Assembly: GCA_027021395.1 (NCBI GenBank)
Contig: JALUUK010000317.1
Location: forward strand, 1-47,141
Source: Acidobacteriota bacterium
Lineage (GTDB): Bacteria; Acidobacteriota; Polarisedimenticolia; J045
Direction of reading: 5' to 3'
DNA length: 47,141 nucleotides
The position numbers and the translations under genes were made by a program. Of this stretch, positions 19,601 to 27,138 are shown one piece after another (positions within the stretch are counted from its first letter, which is position 1; each line of letters opens with the position of its first letter). The notes beneath the pieces were generated by a model. The model saw only the letters and a list, made by a program, of their open reading frames with translations, had not been told where the DNA came from and made no database searches.

Positions 19601-19894
19601 TTCGAAGATGATGTAGACAAAAGAGAATCCAAAGAAGGAATACCCTCGGACCACCTTCGAGTACGGTACGGAGAGCATCTTGGTCGTCAGAGGATAGGTG
19701 ACTTGATCCTCCACGACCTGAGGGGCCTGGCCGGGAAAAGAAGTGAAGATGATGACCTGTACGTCGGAAAGGTCGGGAATGGCATCGAGCGGAATATTCA
19801 TCATGGCGAAGATTCCGGCGGCGACGACGGCCGCCGTCAGCACCACGACGAGAAACTTGTTCCTAACACAAGATTCGATGATGGCTTCAATCAT
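16643..19894 (-). CDS. cusA: CusA-type heavy-metal efflux RND pump (HME-RND)
   Basis: N-terminus collinear with E. coli CusA (DAIPDLSDVQVIIFTSFPGQAPQVVEDQVTYPLTTKMLSVP..IFEDGTDLYWARSRVLEYL). The three Met of the CusA Cu(I)/Ag(I) triad appear conserved (FLWMPT, SMVETT, LDMLTTG). ATG 19894 with GAGAGG upstream. Confidence 0.95.
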   Translation of the reverse strand: MIEAIIESCVRNKFLVVVLTAAVVAAGIFAMMNIPLDAIPDLSDVQVIIFTSFPGQAPQVVEDQVTYPLTTKMLSVPYSKVVRGYSFFGFSFVYIIFEDGTDLYWARSRVLEYLSSIQGTLPRNAKVELGPDATGVGWVYEYVLKSNNHSLAELRSIQDWYLRYELTSVEGVSEVASVGGFVKQYQVTVDPVKLRSYDIPISKIIRAVRRSNNDVGGRLVELGETEFMVRGLGYIKSLADLENIPVGASKDGTPILLRDIAEIGIGPDLRRGLVELNGEGEVAGGVIIMRLGENALTTIENVKEKLEQLKAGLPEGVEIVPVYDRSTLIEHAIEVLERKLTEELIVVALVCVVFLLHFRSAFVAVFTLPVGILISFLVMYMLDINANIMSLGGIAIAIGVMVDASVVMVENAHKHLEHARSLGKPFKHDEIIIEASKEVGPALFYSLLIITLSFLPVFTLQAQEGRLFRPLAFTKTFAMAAAAVLAITIIPVLMSFLVRGKIRPESKNPLSRFFIWAYQPMIHFVLRFPKTVILVAILITVITIIPFNRLGGEFIPPLYEGDFLWMPTTDPGISLTKAKEVLQQTNKIIAQFPEVHHTFGKIGRAESSTDPAPPSMVETTIMLKPKDEWPQQPIKRFYSSWPLPEKVRETLQHLWPETAPARSPQELDRAINDAIKIPGLTNASMEGPIKIRLDMLTTGIRAPVGIKIAGDDLQTLQRIASEVAQVVETIPGTLSAYPDKAFGGRYLDFVVDRAAAARFGLTVGDIQDVIMTAIGGMNVTQTVEGLERYPVNVRYQQELRDDPEKLAQVLVPTPRGEHIPLEQLAEIKINDGPPSIKSENARLNAWIQVSIREDEVDMATYVDLAKKAVAENIKLPPGYSLRWSGRYEYMERARERLMLVLPLTLLIIFFLLYMHFKNIPEVLIVLLAIPFSLVGGVWLMYLLDYNMSVAVAVGFIALAGLAAETGIVMLAYLDEVYKRRKREGRLKTISDLYQGIIEGAVLRVRPKLMTVATTVIGLLPVMAGNVFESGSQVMQRIAAPMVGGMLSATVLTLLIIPAIYMVWKGAVLRREIRHGLHDDADMA

Positions 19895-19904
19895 GGCGCG
19901 CCTC

Positions 19905-21668
19905 TCAGTGCTGATGCTCAGCAGGCATGGGCGCCTCGTCCGTTGCAGCGGACGCGGTTCCACGTTTCATGAACTTGGCGATGGCTTCTTGGATCCTGGC
20001 CTCGGAGTCGAGCATGAACTGGGCTTGGGTGACGACGAGATCGCCCGGGGCAATACCGGAGCGAATTTGAATATCGTCGCCCTCACCCCTCACGCCGAGC
20101 ACGACTTCACGTGAGGCGAAACGACCTTCGCCGAGATCGAGAAAGACGAGATTGCGTTCGCCGGAACGGATGACGGCCGACTGTGGAACGACGACGGTGT
20201 TCTTGAGCAGTGGACCTTCGACGTCGGCGTCGGCGTACATTCCCGGGCGGAGTTTTCCGTCAGGATTGGCGACTTCGATGCAAACACGCAGAGTTCGAGT
20301 TTTTTCGGAGACTTCCGGGTAAAGAAAGAGTACCTTGCCGCGGTATTTGCGCGTGGGATCGTTGGGGAAAGAAACGGTAGCCTGTCGTCCCTCGCGTATC
20401 CAGGGAATATCGGTCTCGTAAATATCGGCGTGCACCCAAACGGTCGAGAGATCAGCAATTTGGTAGAGGTTCATACCGGGGCGGATGTACATACCTTCGA
20501 GAGCGCCATCCATGATCTTGACGACGAGGCCTTTGATCGAGGAGCGCACGACGAGAGTGCGCTTGATCTGCCGGGTTCTCTTGAGAGTCTCGACTTGAAC
20601 GTCGTCGATATCCCAGTAGCGCAGCCGCTGACGCGATGCCGCAAGGAGACTGTCGGCTTGTTCGAGAGGTTCCCTTCGCCCGCTTTCGGCGACGGAATCG
20701 CGGTATTCCAGAGCGCGAAGATACTCTTCCTGTGTCGTGACCAGCTCAGGACTGTAGATCTCGAAGAGGGGATCGCCGATGCGAACTTCTTGTCCCACGA
20801 AGTTCAGGTAAGTTTTTTCGACCCATCCTTCGAACTTCGTATTCACCCAGGCGACTTTCTCGGTGTTGTAGTCGACGATACCGACGGTCCGGCTGTGGCG
20901 TGCAATATCCGCACTACGAGCGGGTACGGAGACCACACCGATATTCTGCACCTGTACGGGGTCGATTCGAATGACGCCTTCATCCGAAGCCATGTTTTCG
21001 TCGGCATATTTCGGCACGAGATCCATGCCCATGGGAGACTTGCCCGGTCCATCCCGCACATAGGTCGGGTCCATCGGCGCGTACCAGTAGAGGATTTCCC
21101 GCTCGCCGGATGCGGTCTTCTTTGTCGAAGCCGCCGGTACCTGGTCGACTTTGACGAGGTCCATCCCGCAGATCGGGCATTCGTCGGGCTTGGACTCCAT
21201 GACCTCGGGATGCATGGGGCATTGGTAGACGGCGCTTTCTTCCGTATGCGCCTGTGCCCCGCCGCCGGCACCGGCCGGTGTATCGACCTTGACGAGGTCC
21301 ATCCCGCAGATCGGGCACTCTCCGGGTTTGGACTCCATGACCTCGGGATGCATGGGACACTGGTAGGCCGCAGCGGGCGCGGCATCCGCTGCAGGCGCCG
21401 ATTCTTCCATCGCAGCCATTTGCATGGGTTGCGGCATGAAGGGAATCTGAAGCGGATTGATGATCCAAAACGCCGTCAGCCCGGATCCAAGCAGGAAGAA
21501 CATGATCAGGGAGAACGCCTGCATGCCGCGTGTCATGGGTGGGAGAGAAAGTGCTTGCTTGTCTACCGAACGGCGCTTTGTTCCGAACGGCAATAGGTTT
21601 CGCACTCGCGCGACGAGTCCTCGTTTCGAAGGGGCCGTGGGGCGGTCCGGCGTGTTGTCTTGTGTCAT
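19905..21668 (-). CDS. cusB: CusB-type periplasmic adaptor with two N-terminal heavy-metal-binding domains
   Basis: Membrane-fusion-protein core (barrel-sandwich hybrid and beta-barrel regions). N-terminal TM. Two copies of YQCPMHPEVMESKP.ECPICGMDLVKVD. Its start overlaps the cusC stop (ATGA). Confidence 0.9.
   Translation of the reverse strand: MTQDNTPDRPTAPSKRGLVARVRNLLPFGTKRRSVDKQALSLPPMTRGMQAFSLIMFFLLGSGLTAFWIINPLQIPFMPQPMQMAAMEESAPAADAAPAAAYQCPMHPEVMESKPGECPICGMDLVKVDTPAGAGGGAQAHTEESAVYQCPMHPEVMESKPDECPICGMDLVKVDQVPAASTKKTASGEREILYWYAPMDPTYVRDGPGKSPMGMDLVPKYADENMASDEGVIRIDPVQVQNIGVVSVPARSADIARHSRTVGIVDYNTEKVAWVNTKFEGWVEKTYLNFVGQEVRIGDPLFEIYSPELVTTQEEYLRALEYRDSVAESGRREPLEQADSLLAASRQRLRYWDIDDVQVETLKRTRQIKRTLVVRSSIKGLVVKIMDGALEGMYIRPGMNLYQIADLSTVWVHADIYETDIPWIREGRQATVSFPNDPTRKYRGKVLFLYPEVSEKTRTLRVCIEVANPDGKLRPGMYADADVEGPLLKNTVVVPQSAVIRSGERNLVFLDLGEGRFASREVVLGVRGEGDDIQIRSGIAPGDLVVTQAQFMLDSEARIQEAIAKFMKRGTASAATDEAPMPAEHQH
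21144..21365 (-). repeat. intragenic tandem duplication encoding two HMBD modules
   Basis: Two 84-nt units (21144-21227 and 21282-21365) with a 138-nt period. By eye they are about nine-tenths identical at nucleotide level. The 28-aa products differ at one residue (G/D). Confidence 0.9.
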
Positions 21669-23068
21669 TGATCCTGTCCTCCTTGCGGAAACGCCTTTCC
21701 AACGGCGAATTCGATGTCGGCCAAAGCCGACCAGTAATCAGCAACGAGTCGTTCGTAGATCAGGCGCACCTGAAAGAGAATGCGCTCCGCATCGAGCAGG
21801 TCGAGAAAGTCCTGCTGGTTGGTCGTATAAGCAGCTTCCGCCGAGGCCAGCGACTCCTCGGCCTGGGGAATGATCGTCTTGCTGTAGAGTTCGCTGCGTT
21901 CGCGATATGAGACAAGCCGGATGCCGGCTTCTTGAAGCCGGTAGCGCAGAGCATCTTGCGTGTTCTTCAGCGAACGCTCATCCGAGCGCGTGCGCTCGAT
22001 CGCCTCGGCGACCCCGGCGTCGATGCGCTTTCGATAGATAGGGATATTCAAACCGACGCTGAGGGCCAGAATGTCTTGGCCATTGTCGCTAGGTGGTGAC
22101 AAACGTCCGGCGGGGTCGCTGCGATCACCGACGATGGTGTACCCGAGGCCGAAACGAAAATCCGGTTTACCTTCCAAGCGGCGCCGCTTGACCCACGCAT
22201 CATCCGCAGCGAGAAGCTTGCGTGTGGCTTCGACGCTCGGATGTGTATCGATCGCCTCGTCTTCGAGTGCCTCCGTTTCCAAGGACGAGGGCAGAAGATC
22301 GAGTTCGATTCGTTCGAGCCTTAGCGTCGCCTCCGGCCGTCCAATGAGTTGTGCGATCCGGCGACGGACGACATCGATCTGCTGTTGCAGTTTCGTTTCT
22401 TTGTCGATCAAGCGGGAGATGTCGGTTTGCACCTTCACGACCGCTTGCTGAATGCCTTCTCCCGTAGAGTAGCGGGCGAGCGCAATACGCTCGAAATAGC
22501 GCAGCAAATCGGTCTCTTCTTCGTTGACGACGAGCGCCTCCTGCAAGTAGGCGGCTTCGAAGTAGGCCTTCTTGAGTTCCGCCACCAAAGAGCGTTCAAG
22601 TGCTTCGACCTGCCAAGCAATGCTGTCGGCGGTATGGATTTCGCGCTCGGCCTGCAGCGTCAGCTTGTTCTTCCAGGGGATCTTCTGGCTCACTTCCAAG
22701 GCATGGAGTTGTGGGCCCACGCGAGTCTCCGGGCTTTGCGCGTAGAGGCGATACCCGACCAGCGGATCGGGCAACGACCGAGCTTGGGGAACGCGCTCGA
22801 GGCCGGCGCGCCATGTTCCTTTCGCCGATTGGATGGCCGGGTTTTCCTTCAGCAACACGGCGATGAGATCCCTCAACTGTGCATCGGGGGAGTGGAAATC
22901 CCGCTCAGCATCGAGTGCTTCGGATGCGCGTTGTCGTGCGACCACCATTCCGGATGTCTCTTCACCGAAGATCGGCGGTACCAGCGAGGCGATCAGGACG
23001 AGGACGGCTGCCCCGACACCGGTTCGGCTGCTACGACGGTGATCTTTCGTGTCCAACAGCAAGTTCAT
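21665..23068 (-). CDS. cusC: CusC/TolC-family outer-membrane efflux factor
   Basis: Two-repeat OMF architecture with coiled-coil segments, upstream of and overlapping cusB. ATG 23068 (MNLLLDTKDHRRSSRTGVGAAVLVLIASL) preferred over the Arg-rich 5' extension to 23182. Confidence 0.85.
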   Translation of the reverse strand: MNLLLDTKDHRRSSRTGVGAAVLVLIASLVPPIFGEETSGMVVARQRASEALDAERDFHSPDAQLRDLIAVLLKENPAIQSAKGTWRAGLERVPQARSLPDPLVGYRLYAQSPETRVGPQLHALEVSQKIPWKNKLTLQAEREIHTADSIAWQVEALERSLVAELKKAYFEAAYLQEALVVNEEETDLLRYFERIALARYSTGEGIQQAVVKVQTDISRLIDKETKLQQQIDVVRRRIAQLIGRPEATLRLERIELDLLPSSLETEALEDEAIDTHPSVEATRKLLAADDAWVKRRRLEGKPDFRFGLGYTIVGDRSDPAGRLSPPSDNGQDILALSVGLNIPIYRKRIDAGVAEAIERTRSDERSLKNTQDALRYRLQEAGIRLVSYRERSELYSKTIIPQAEESLASAEAAYTTNQQDFLDLLDAERILFQVRLIYERLVADYWSALADIEFAVGKAFPQGGQDQ

Positions 23069-23298
23069 GGTGTGAATCTCCGTAATGAGAGTTCTTGGTC
23101 GAATGCCATGCGCAGCGTGCATGGTGATGCACGACCAGGCGCGCATGCGACGCCGGGTGTTCCCCGATCCCGACCCCCGCAAGGCTCGAGCGCCGACGAA
23201 GAATCAAGGATCGGAACCATCGTGGACGGGAATCAACGCTGACGACATCCCGTGGCTCTTAGAGGATCCACAAGACATTCCCGTAGCCGGAGCCGATT

Positions 23299-23676
23299 CT
23301 AAATCAGGAAGACGTTGTGGACGGCGTGAAGTGCTCGGTCGGTGAGAGGGGAAGCCCCGCCCCCGAAGGGGAAGAGTCCGCGTGGCGGTACCGTCCTTTC
23401 GATGAGAATGGAGAGGACTTCCACCTGGGTTGATTCCGAGACGCCGTTAGGGGGGAAATCGCGAAGGGTCGATGGAGGAACGGGCGATTCCGGAAGCTTG
23501 CAACAAAGAGAGGCATCGGTATCGGCTTCAAAAGTGCTGGAAGAACCGCAATCCGGGGCCTTTTCGCAGCAGCAATCCGGGGTGGAGGGCGAACACAGGG
23601 CGAACGCAGGGGCAAACGCGAACGCCGCCACAAGGGCGATGACCGAGGTTTTCATGATGATATGCGTCATCGACAT
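23299..23676 (-). CDS. small exported Cys-rich protein (P1), unknown function
   Basis: Signal-like MKTSVIALVAAFAFAPAFA, followed by LCSPSTPDCCCEKAPDCGSSS...SLCCKLPES, then a Cys-free C-terminal half ending HAVHNVFLI. Lies between htrA and cusC on the same strand. Confidence 0.45.
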   Translation of the reverse strand: MSMTHIIMKTSVIALVAAFAFAPAFALCSPSTPDCCCEKAPDCGSSSTFEADTDASLCCKLPESPVPPSTLRDFPPNGVSESTQVEVLSILIERTVPPRGLFPFGGGASPLTDRALHAVHNVFLI

Positions 23677-23910
23677 GGGACCCTTCGTCGGGTACTAGAA
23701 CCCGAGTGGACCATCGCTTTGGACACTTCGGGTACAGCGCCCCAATGGCCGCCGAAACGACCGGCGACCTATGGTAATGATACAGTCGATCAAGGGGGAC
23801 GCAAGCGTGCGCTCTCCGGCACGGTTTTCGAGGGTGTGCGGCGACGATGCATCCAATCCGAGGGCCGACGCAGCGTCGATCGACGCGACGGTGTATTCGC
23901 GCAATGCGGG

Positions 23911-24966
23911 TCAGTGCTTCATTTCGGGTACGATGAACTGAAGCTGGATTTGCTTTTCATCTCTTAGAACTTGCAATCGGATGATGTTGCCCGGGCGTGC
24001 CGCAGCGAGGTGTTCGAGGATGTCGACCGGTCCGCGAACGGGATCGCCGTTGATGGACAGAATGATATCTCCGCCGAAACGGTACTCGTTGGAGCCGAGC
24101 GTGATTCTTCTCGATCCGCCCCGCAACCCAGCCTTCTCGGCGACGCTACCTTCATCCACGCTTTCCACGAGCGCACCCTCTGAAACGGGAAGATCGAAGA
24201 GTTGCGCGAAGTCGTCATTGATGACTTGCACGCCGAATCCGATCTGCGCGCGAAAGGTATGTCCCATGGCGATCAGGTCGGAAAACGTGCGCTTGGCCGC
24301 ATCGATAGGTATCGCAAAACCGATGGACTCTGCATTGAGCATCTTGGCGGTGGTGATGCCGATCACGCTTCCGGAGGAATCGACCAAGGGGCCGCCGCTT
24401 TGGCCGAGATTGAGCGGAGCATCGAATTGGATCAATTCCGGTCCGAGTTCAAGAGCCGGGAGTTCGCGATTGAGCCCGCTGACGATACCGACGCTGACCG
24501 CATGCTTGAGTCCGAGCGGGTGGCTGACCGTCAGCACCTTTTGGCCGACCCGAACGTGGCGCGACGACCCGAGAGCGGCTGGGGGAAGCTCGTCTTCCGA
24601 AAAGGGGACGCGAAGTAGAGCGATATCGTATCCGGGAGCCGTACCGACCAGAACCGCCGCAGCCGATCGACCGCTAGAGAGCACGACCTCGACCTGTGTA
24701 GCATTCTCCAGCACATGGTAGTTCGTCACGACGAGGCCGGGTTTGACGGCGAAACCGCTACCCGTGGCCGTAATCGGGGTGATGCGCTGAGTGTCCGAAT
24801 CGAAGACGATTCCTCTGACGGCGATCAATACGACCGAAGGCGCGACGTTTTCGAATGCCGCGACGGTATTCGCTTCATCGGGAGTGAGTGCGAGAGCTTG
24901 CGGGTTGGCGGAAAAAGCCATGACGACGAAAGCAGCAATCCATGAGAACGTTCGGGTTTTCGGCAT
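23911..24966 (-). CDS. htrA: HtrA/DegP-family periplasmic serine protease with one PDZ domain
   Basis: Signal peptide. Catalytic triad contexts VVTNYHV, YDIALLRV, GQSGGPLVDSSGSVIGI. PDZ segment GALVESVDEGSVAEKAGLRGG. Confidence 0.9.
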   Translation of the reverse strand: MPKTRTFSWIAAFVVMAFSANPQALALTPDEANTVAAFENVAPSVVLIAVRGIVFDSDTQRITPITATGSGFAVKPGLVVTNYHVLENATQVEVVLSSGRSAAAVLVGTAPGYDIALLRVPFSEDELPPAALGSSRHVRVGQKVLTVSHPLGLKHAVSVGIVSGLNRELPALELGPELIQFDAPLNLGQSGGPLVDSSGSVIGITTAKMLNAESIGFAIPIDAAKRTFSDLIAMGHTFRAQIGFGVQVINDDFAQLFDLPVSEGALVESVDEGSVAEKAGLRGGSRRITLGSNEYRFGGDIILSINGDPVRGPVDILEHLAAARPGNIIRLQVLRDEKQIQLQFIVPEMKH

Positions 24967-25229
24967 GTTTTCGAATCCTCTCTTGCGGGTGCCTTCAAGA
25001 GCCTCCGAATCGGCTCACGAGAGCATGCTCTCGTCGGGTACCGCCGGCTGCGTCGTTGATGGACATCAAAGGCTCCAAGTGGCGCTGTCGGTCGACTGGC
25101 AGTACCCTGCCGTCGAGGGTGTGTATCTTGATTCGTCGATCTCATCAGATGACTTGTTCATCGCATGTCGGCTCACTACGCGTTCTTTCGCGTAGGATCT
25201 TAGGATCCTGCACGTCCTTCGAGCGGCCG

Positions 25230-25259
25230 TCGGATCGAAAGTCATCGGATCGAAAGTCA
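25230..25259 (+). repeat. perfect 15-bp tandem direct repeat in the divergent control region
   Basis: TCGGATCGAAAGTCA at 25230-25244 and again at 25245-25259, followed by a degenerate third copy (aGGGTCGGAGGGAAGCGAAA). Lies 79-108 nt upstream of the P2 ATG. Confidence 0.85.
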
Positions 25260-25337
25260 AGGGTCGGAGGGAAGCGAAACGCCCGACCGTGGGCGCCACC
25301 GAGGGTGCCGTCGTGTCGATCGCTGTCGCATTTCGTG

Positions 25338-25688
25338 ATGGCGATTCTCGTAGCTATGGCAAGCGTTCCATTCTCGAGCGGAATCCTCGCCTCTGCGCCA
25401 TGCGCCGGTAGCGAGTGCGGCAGTCTATCAGGGGAGATGTCCTGCTGCCAAGAGGCCGGCTCTTCGGCTTTCCCCCCATCGTGCTGCTCAGTGGGCCTTC
25501 CAGCCATTCCCACGACGACATCGGCAAAGTCGAACGATCTCCTTTCGCGAGCCCGAGGCTTGGCTGTAGCCGCCGATCTGCGACAAGAGTTCTTGCACCT
25601 CTGTCTTCGCAGTCCATCGGACGAAGTTCTCGATAGTGTCGTCGAATCTCTCGACCGAGTCATTCTCTTTCGATCACTGTTGATCTGA
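25338..25688 (+). CDS. small Cys-rich protein (P2), unknown function; start uncertain
   Basis: MAILVAMASVPFSSGILASAPCAGSECGSLSGEMSCCQEAGSSAFPPSCCSVG.., then a Cys-poor C-terminal half ending ILFRSLLI. Layout resembles P1. Weak n-region; GTG 25305 is an alternative start. The competing antisense ORF is Arg-rich and was rejected. Confidence 0.35.
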   Translation: MAILVAMASVPFSSGILASAPCAGSECGSLSGEMSCCQEAGSSAFPPSCCSVGLPAIPTTTSAKSNDLLSRARGLAVAADLRQEFLHLCLRSPSDEVLDSVVESLDRVILFRSLLI

Positions 25689-25850
25689 TGGTTTGATCCG
25701 GCTCGTTTTCTTCCGATCCATGGATGGCGAGTCGAACTCATCTCGATCGGGTCAACGCACGTCTCGACGATGATCGCACCGATGTCGGCGCCCGACGGGA
25801 AAACTCCATTTCACCGAATACAAATTTCAACGCATGCAAAAGAGGCTATC

Positions 25851-26312
25851 ATGAAAGATATCACGAAGAAGACTGTACGGTTCGCATTGCTGGGATTCAC
25901 CCTGGCCATCCTGGCGTCGTCATTCGCGGGTTCCGCCGAGTTCGAGTTCAAGGGTTCGCGCGCCGAAACCTTGAAGTTCATGGAGTACTACGCTGCGATC
26001 GAGCTGACCCCCGCGCAGGAAGCGATTCGCGTCAAGGCGCTCGAGAACATGCCCGCGCCGTGCTGCGGCAAGTTCCCGGCAGCGACCTGCTGCTGCGAGT
26101 GCAACCTCTCGAGGAGCATGTGGGGACTCGCCAAGCACCTCATTGCGGAAGAGGGAGCGGATGCAAAGCGCGTGAGGCGAGCGGTCGATGCTTGGGTGAG
26201 CGCCATCGCGCCCGCTGGACACAACGGGCACTCCTGCCCGACAGGGCGCTGCGGCAAGGGATTCAAAGACGGCGGTTGCGGCGGCATGCGAGCCGACAAG
26301 CTCATCGACTGA
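25851..26312 (+). CDS. exported Cys-cluster protein (PCC...CCCEC), putative metal-binding
   Basis: ATG 25851 after AAAGAGG. Signal peptide MKDITKKTVRFALLGFTLAILASSFAGSA. Motifs MPAPCCGKFPAATCCCECNLSRSMWGL and HNGHSCPTGRCGKGFKDGGCGGM. Confidence 0.6.
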   Translation: MKDITKKTVRFALLGFTLAILASSFAGSAEFEFKGSRAETLKFMEYYAAIELTPAQEAIRVKALENMPAPCCGKFPAATCCCECNLSRSMWGLAKHLIAEEGADAKRVRRAVDAWVSAIAPAGHNGHSCPTGRCGKGFKDGGCGGMRADKLID

Positions 26313-26356
26313 GTTGCCGTCTCGATCGAAGATATCACCACAAGGTGGTTGATCCG

Positions 26357-26389
26357 AAAGCCCGCCCGGCGAACCGGGCGGGCTTTTCT
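26357..26389 (+). terminator. rho-independent terminator
   Basis: AGCCCGCCCGG-cgaa-CCGGGCGGGCT perfect 11-bp stem (extendable by A-T pairs), followed by TTTCT. Lies 45 nt after the stop at 26312. Confidence 0.7.
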
Positions 26390-26477
26390 CCGGTCATGGA
26401 CCTTTGCTACCGATCGCAGTACCATGCAGCGAACCGGCGCATCGTCATCGGCGGTGATGCCGGGAGGTGAACACGCG

Positions 26478-27044
26478 ATGAAGAAGCTTCCCATTTCCTC
26501 ATTTCTGCTGCTTTCAGCCCTTTTGTCGATGATGGCAACCCCGGCTCTCGGTCACGGATCCGGCGGCGGACGCGATGCGAAACACGGTTCCAAAGACCAA
26601 TCGATGCGCAAGTCCATGCACAAGTCGATGCACGAATCTCCACAAGGCGCAATGGCTGTGAGCGCATCCTATCTCGACGCCATGGAATCCGGAGATCTCG
26701 ACCAAGCCGGTGAACTCTTTGCGCACAAGTCTCAGATCTTCGAGGGTGGCAGTGTGGAAGGGCCATGGTCCGCCTACAAAGAGCATCACCTTCAGCCGGA
26801 ACTCGACGCCATCACGAGTTTCACGATTGAGCGTGGTGATGCAGAAGAAGAAACCAGCGCAGATGGCTCGATGGCATTCGTAGCATGGCCGATTCGCTAT
26901 CGTGTCGCGCTTACGGACGAGCGCGTCATAGAAAGGTCGGGAACCGTAACGTTCGTTCTCGTCCGAGAGAAGAAGAGACTCAAGATCCGACACGTGCACT
27001 GGTCGTCGCGCGCTCCGAGAGCAAAAAAAGAGAAGAAGGAATAG
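26478..27044 (+). CDS. exported NTF2/SnoaL-like (DUF4440-type) protein with His/Met-rich N-terminus
   Basis: ATG 26478 after GGGAGGTGA. Signal peptide, then HGSGGGRDAKHGSKDQSMRKSMHKSMHES. The core ends ..TVTFVLVREKKRLKIRHVHWSS, typical of NTF2-like folds. Confidence 0.55.
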   Translation: MKKLPISSFLLLSALLSMMATPALGHGSGGGRDAKHGSKDQSMRKSMHKSMHESPQGAMAVSASYLDAMESGDLDQAGELFAHKSQIFEGGSVEGPWSAYKEHHLQPELDAITSFTIERGDAEEETSADGSMAFVAWPIRYRVALTDERVIERSGTVTFVLVREKKRLKIRHVHWSSRAPRAKKEKKE

Positions 27045-27138
27045 TCGCGCCCGGTACCGGCGCAGATCCTCCTCGAGGTGCTTGGACCGCAGAAAGACGA
27101 GCCCGGAAAAGGAGGAGTTTCCGGAGGAGTCTCTGGAA

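Noticed and set aside
20430-23242. 388-aa and 297-aa plus-strand ORFs
   Set aside because: They are antisense to cusB and cusC. They have no motifs and a typical GC-frame artefact composition.
25097-25111. TGGCAG-tacc-CTGCC as a sigma54 promoter for either divergent operon
   Set aside because: The GG-to-GC register is 11 nt on both strands, one short. It is better described as a GGCAG/CTGCC palindrome.
25145-25741. 198-aa minus-strand ORF overlapping P2
   Set aside because: It is Arg/Ser-rich with no signal or motif. It would run through the repeat-dense control region. P2 is only slightly more convincing and is therefore given low confidence rather than being replaced.
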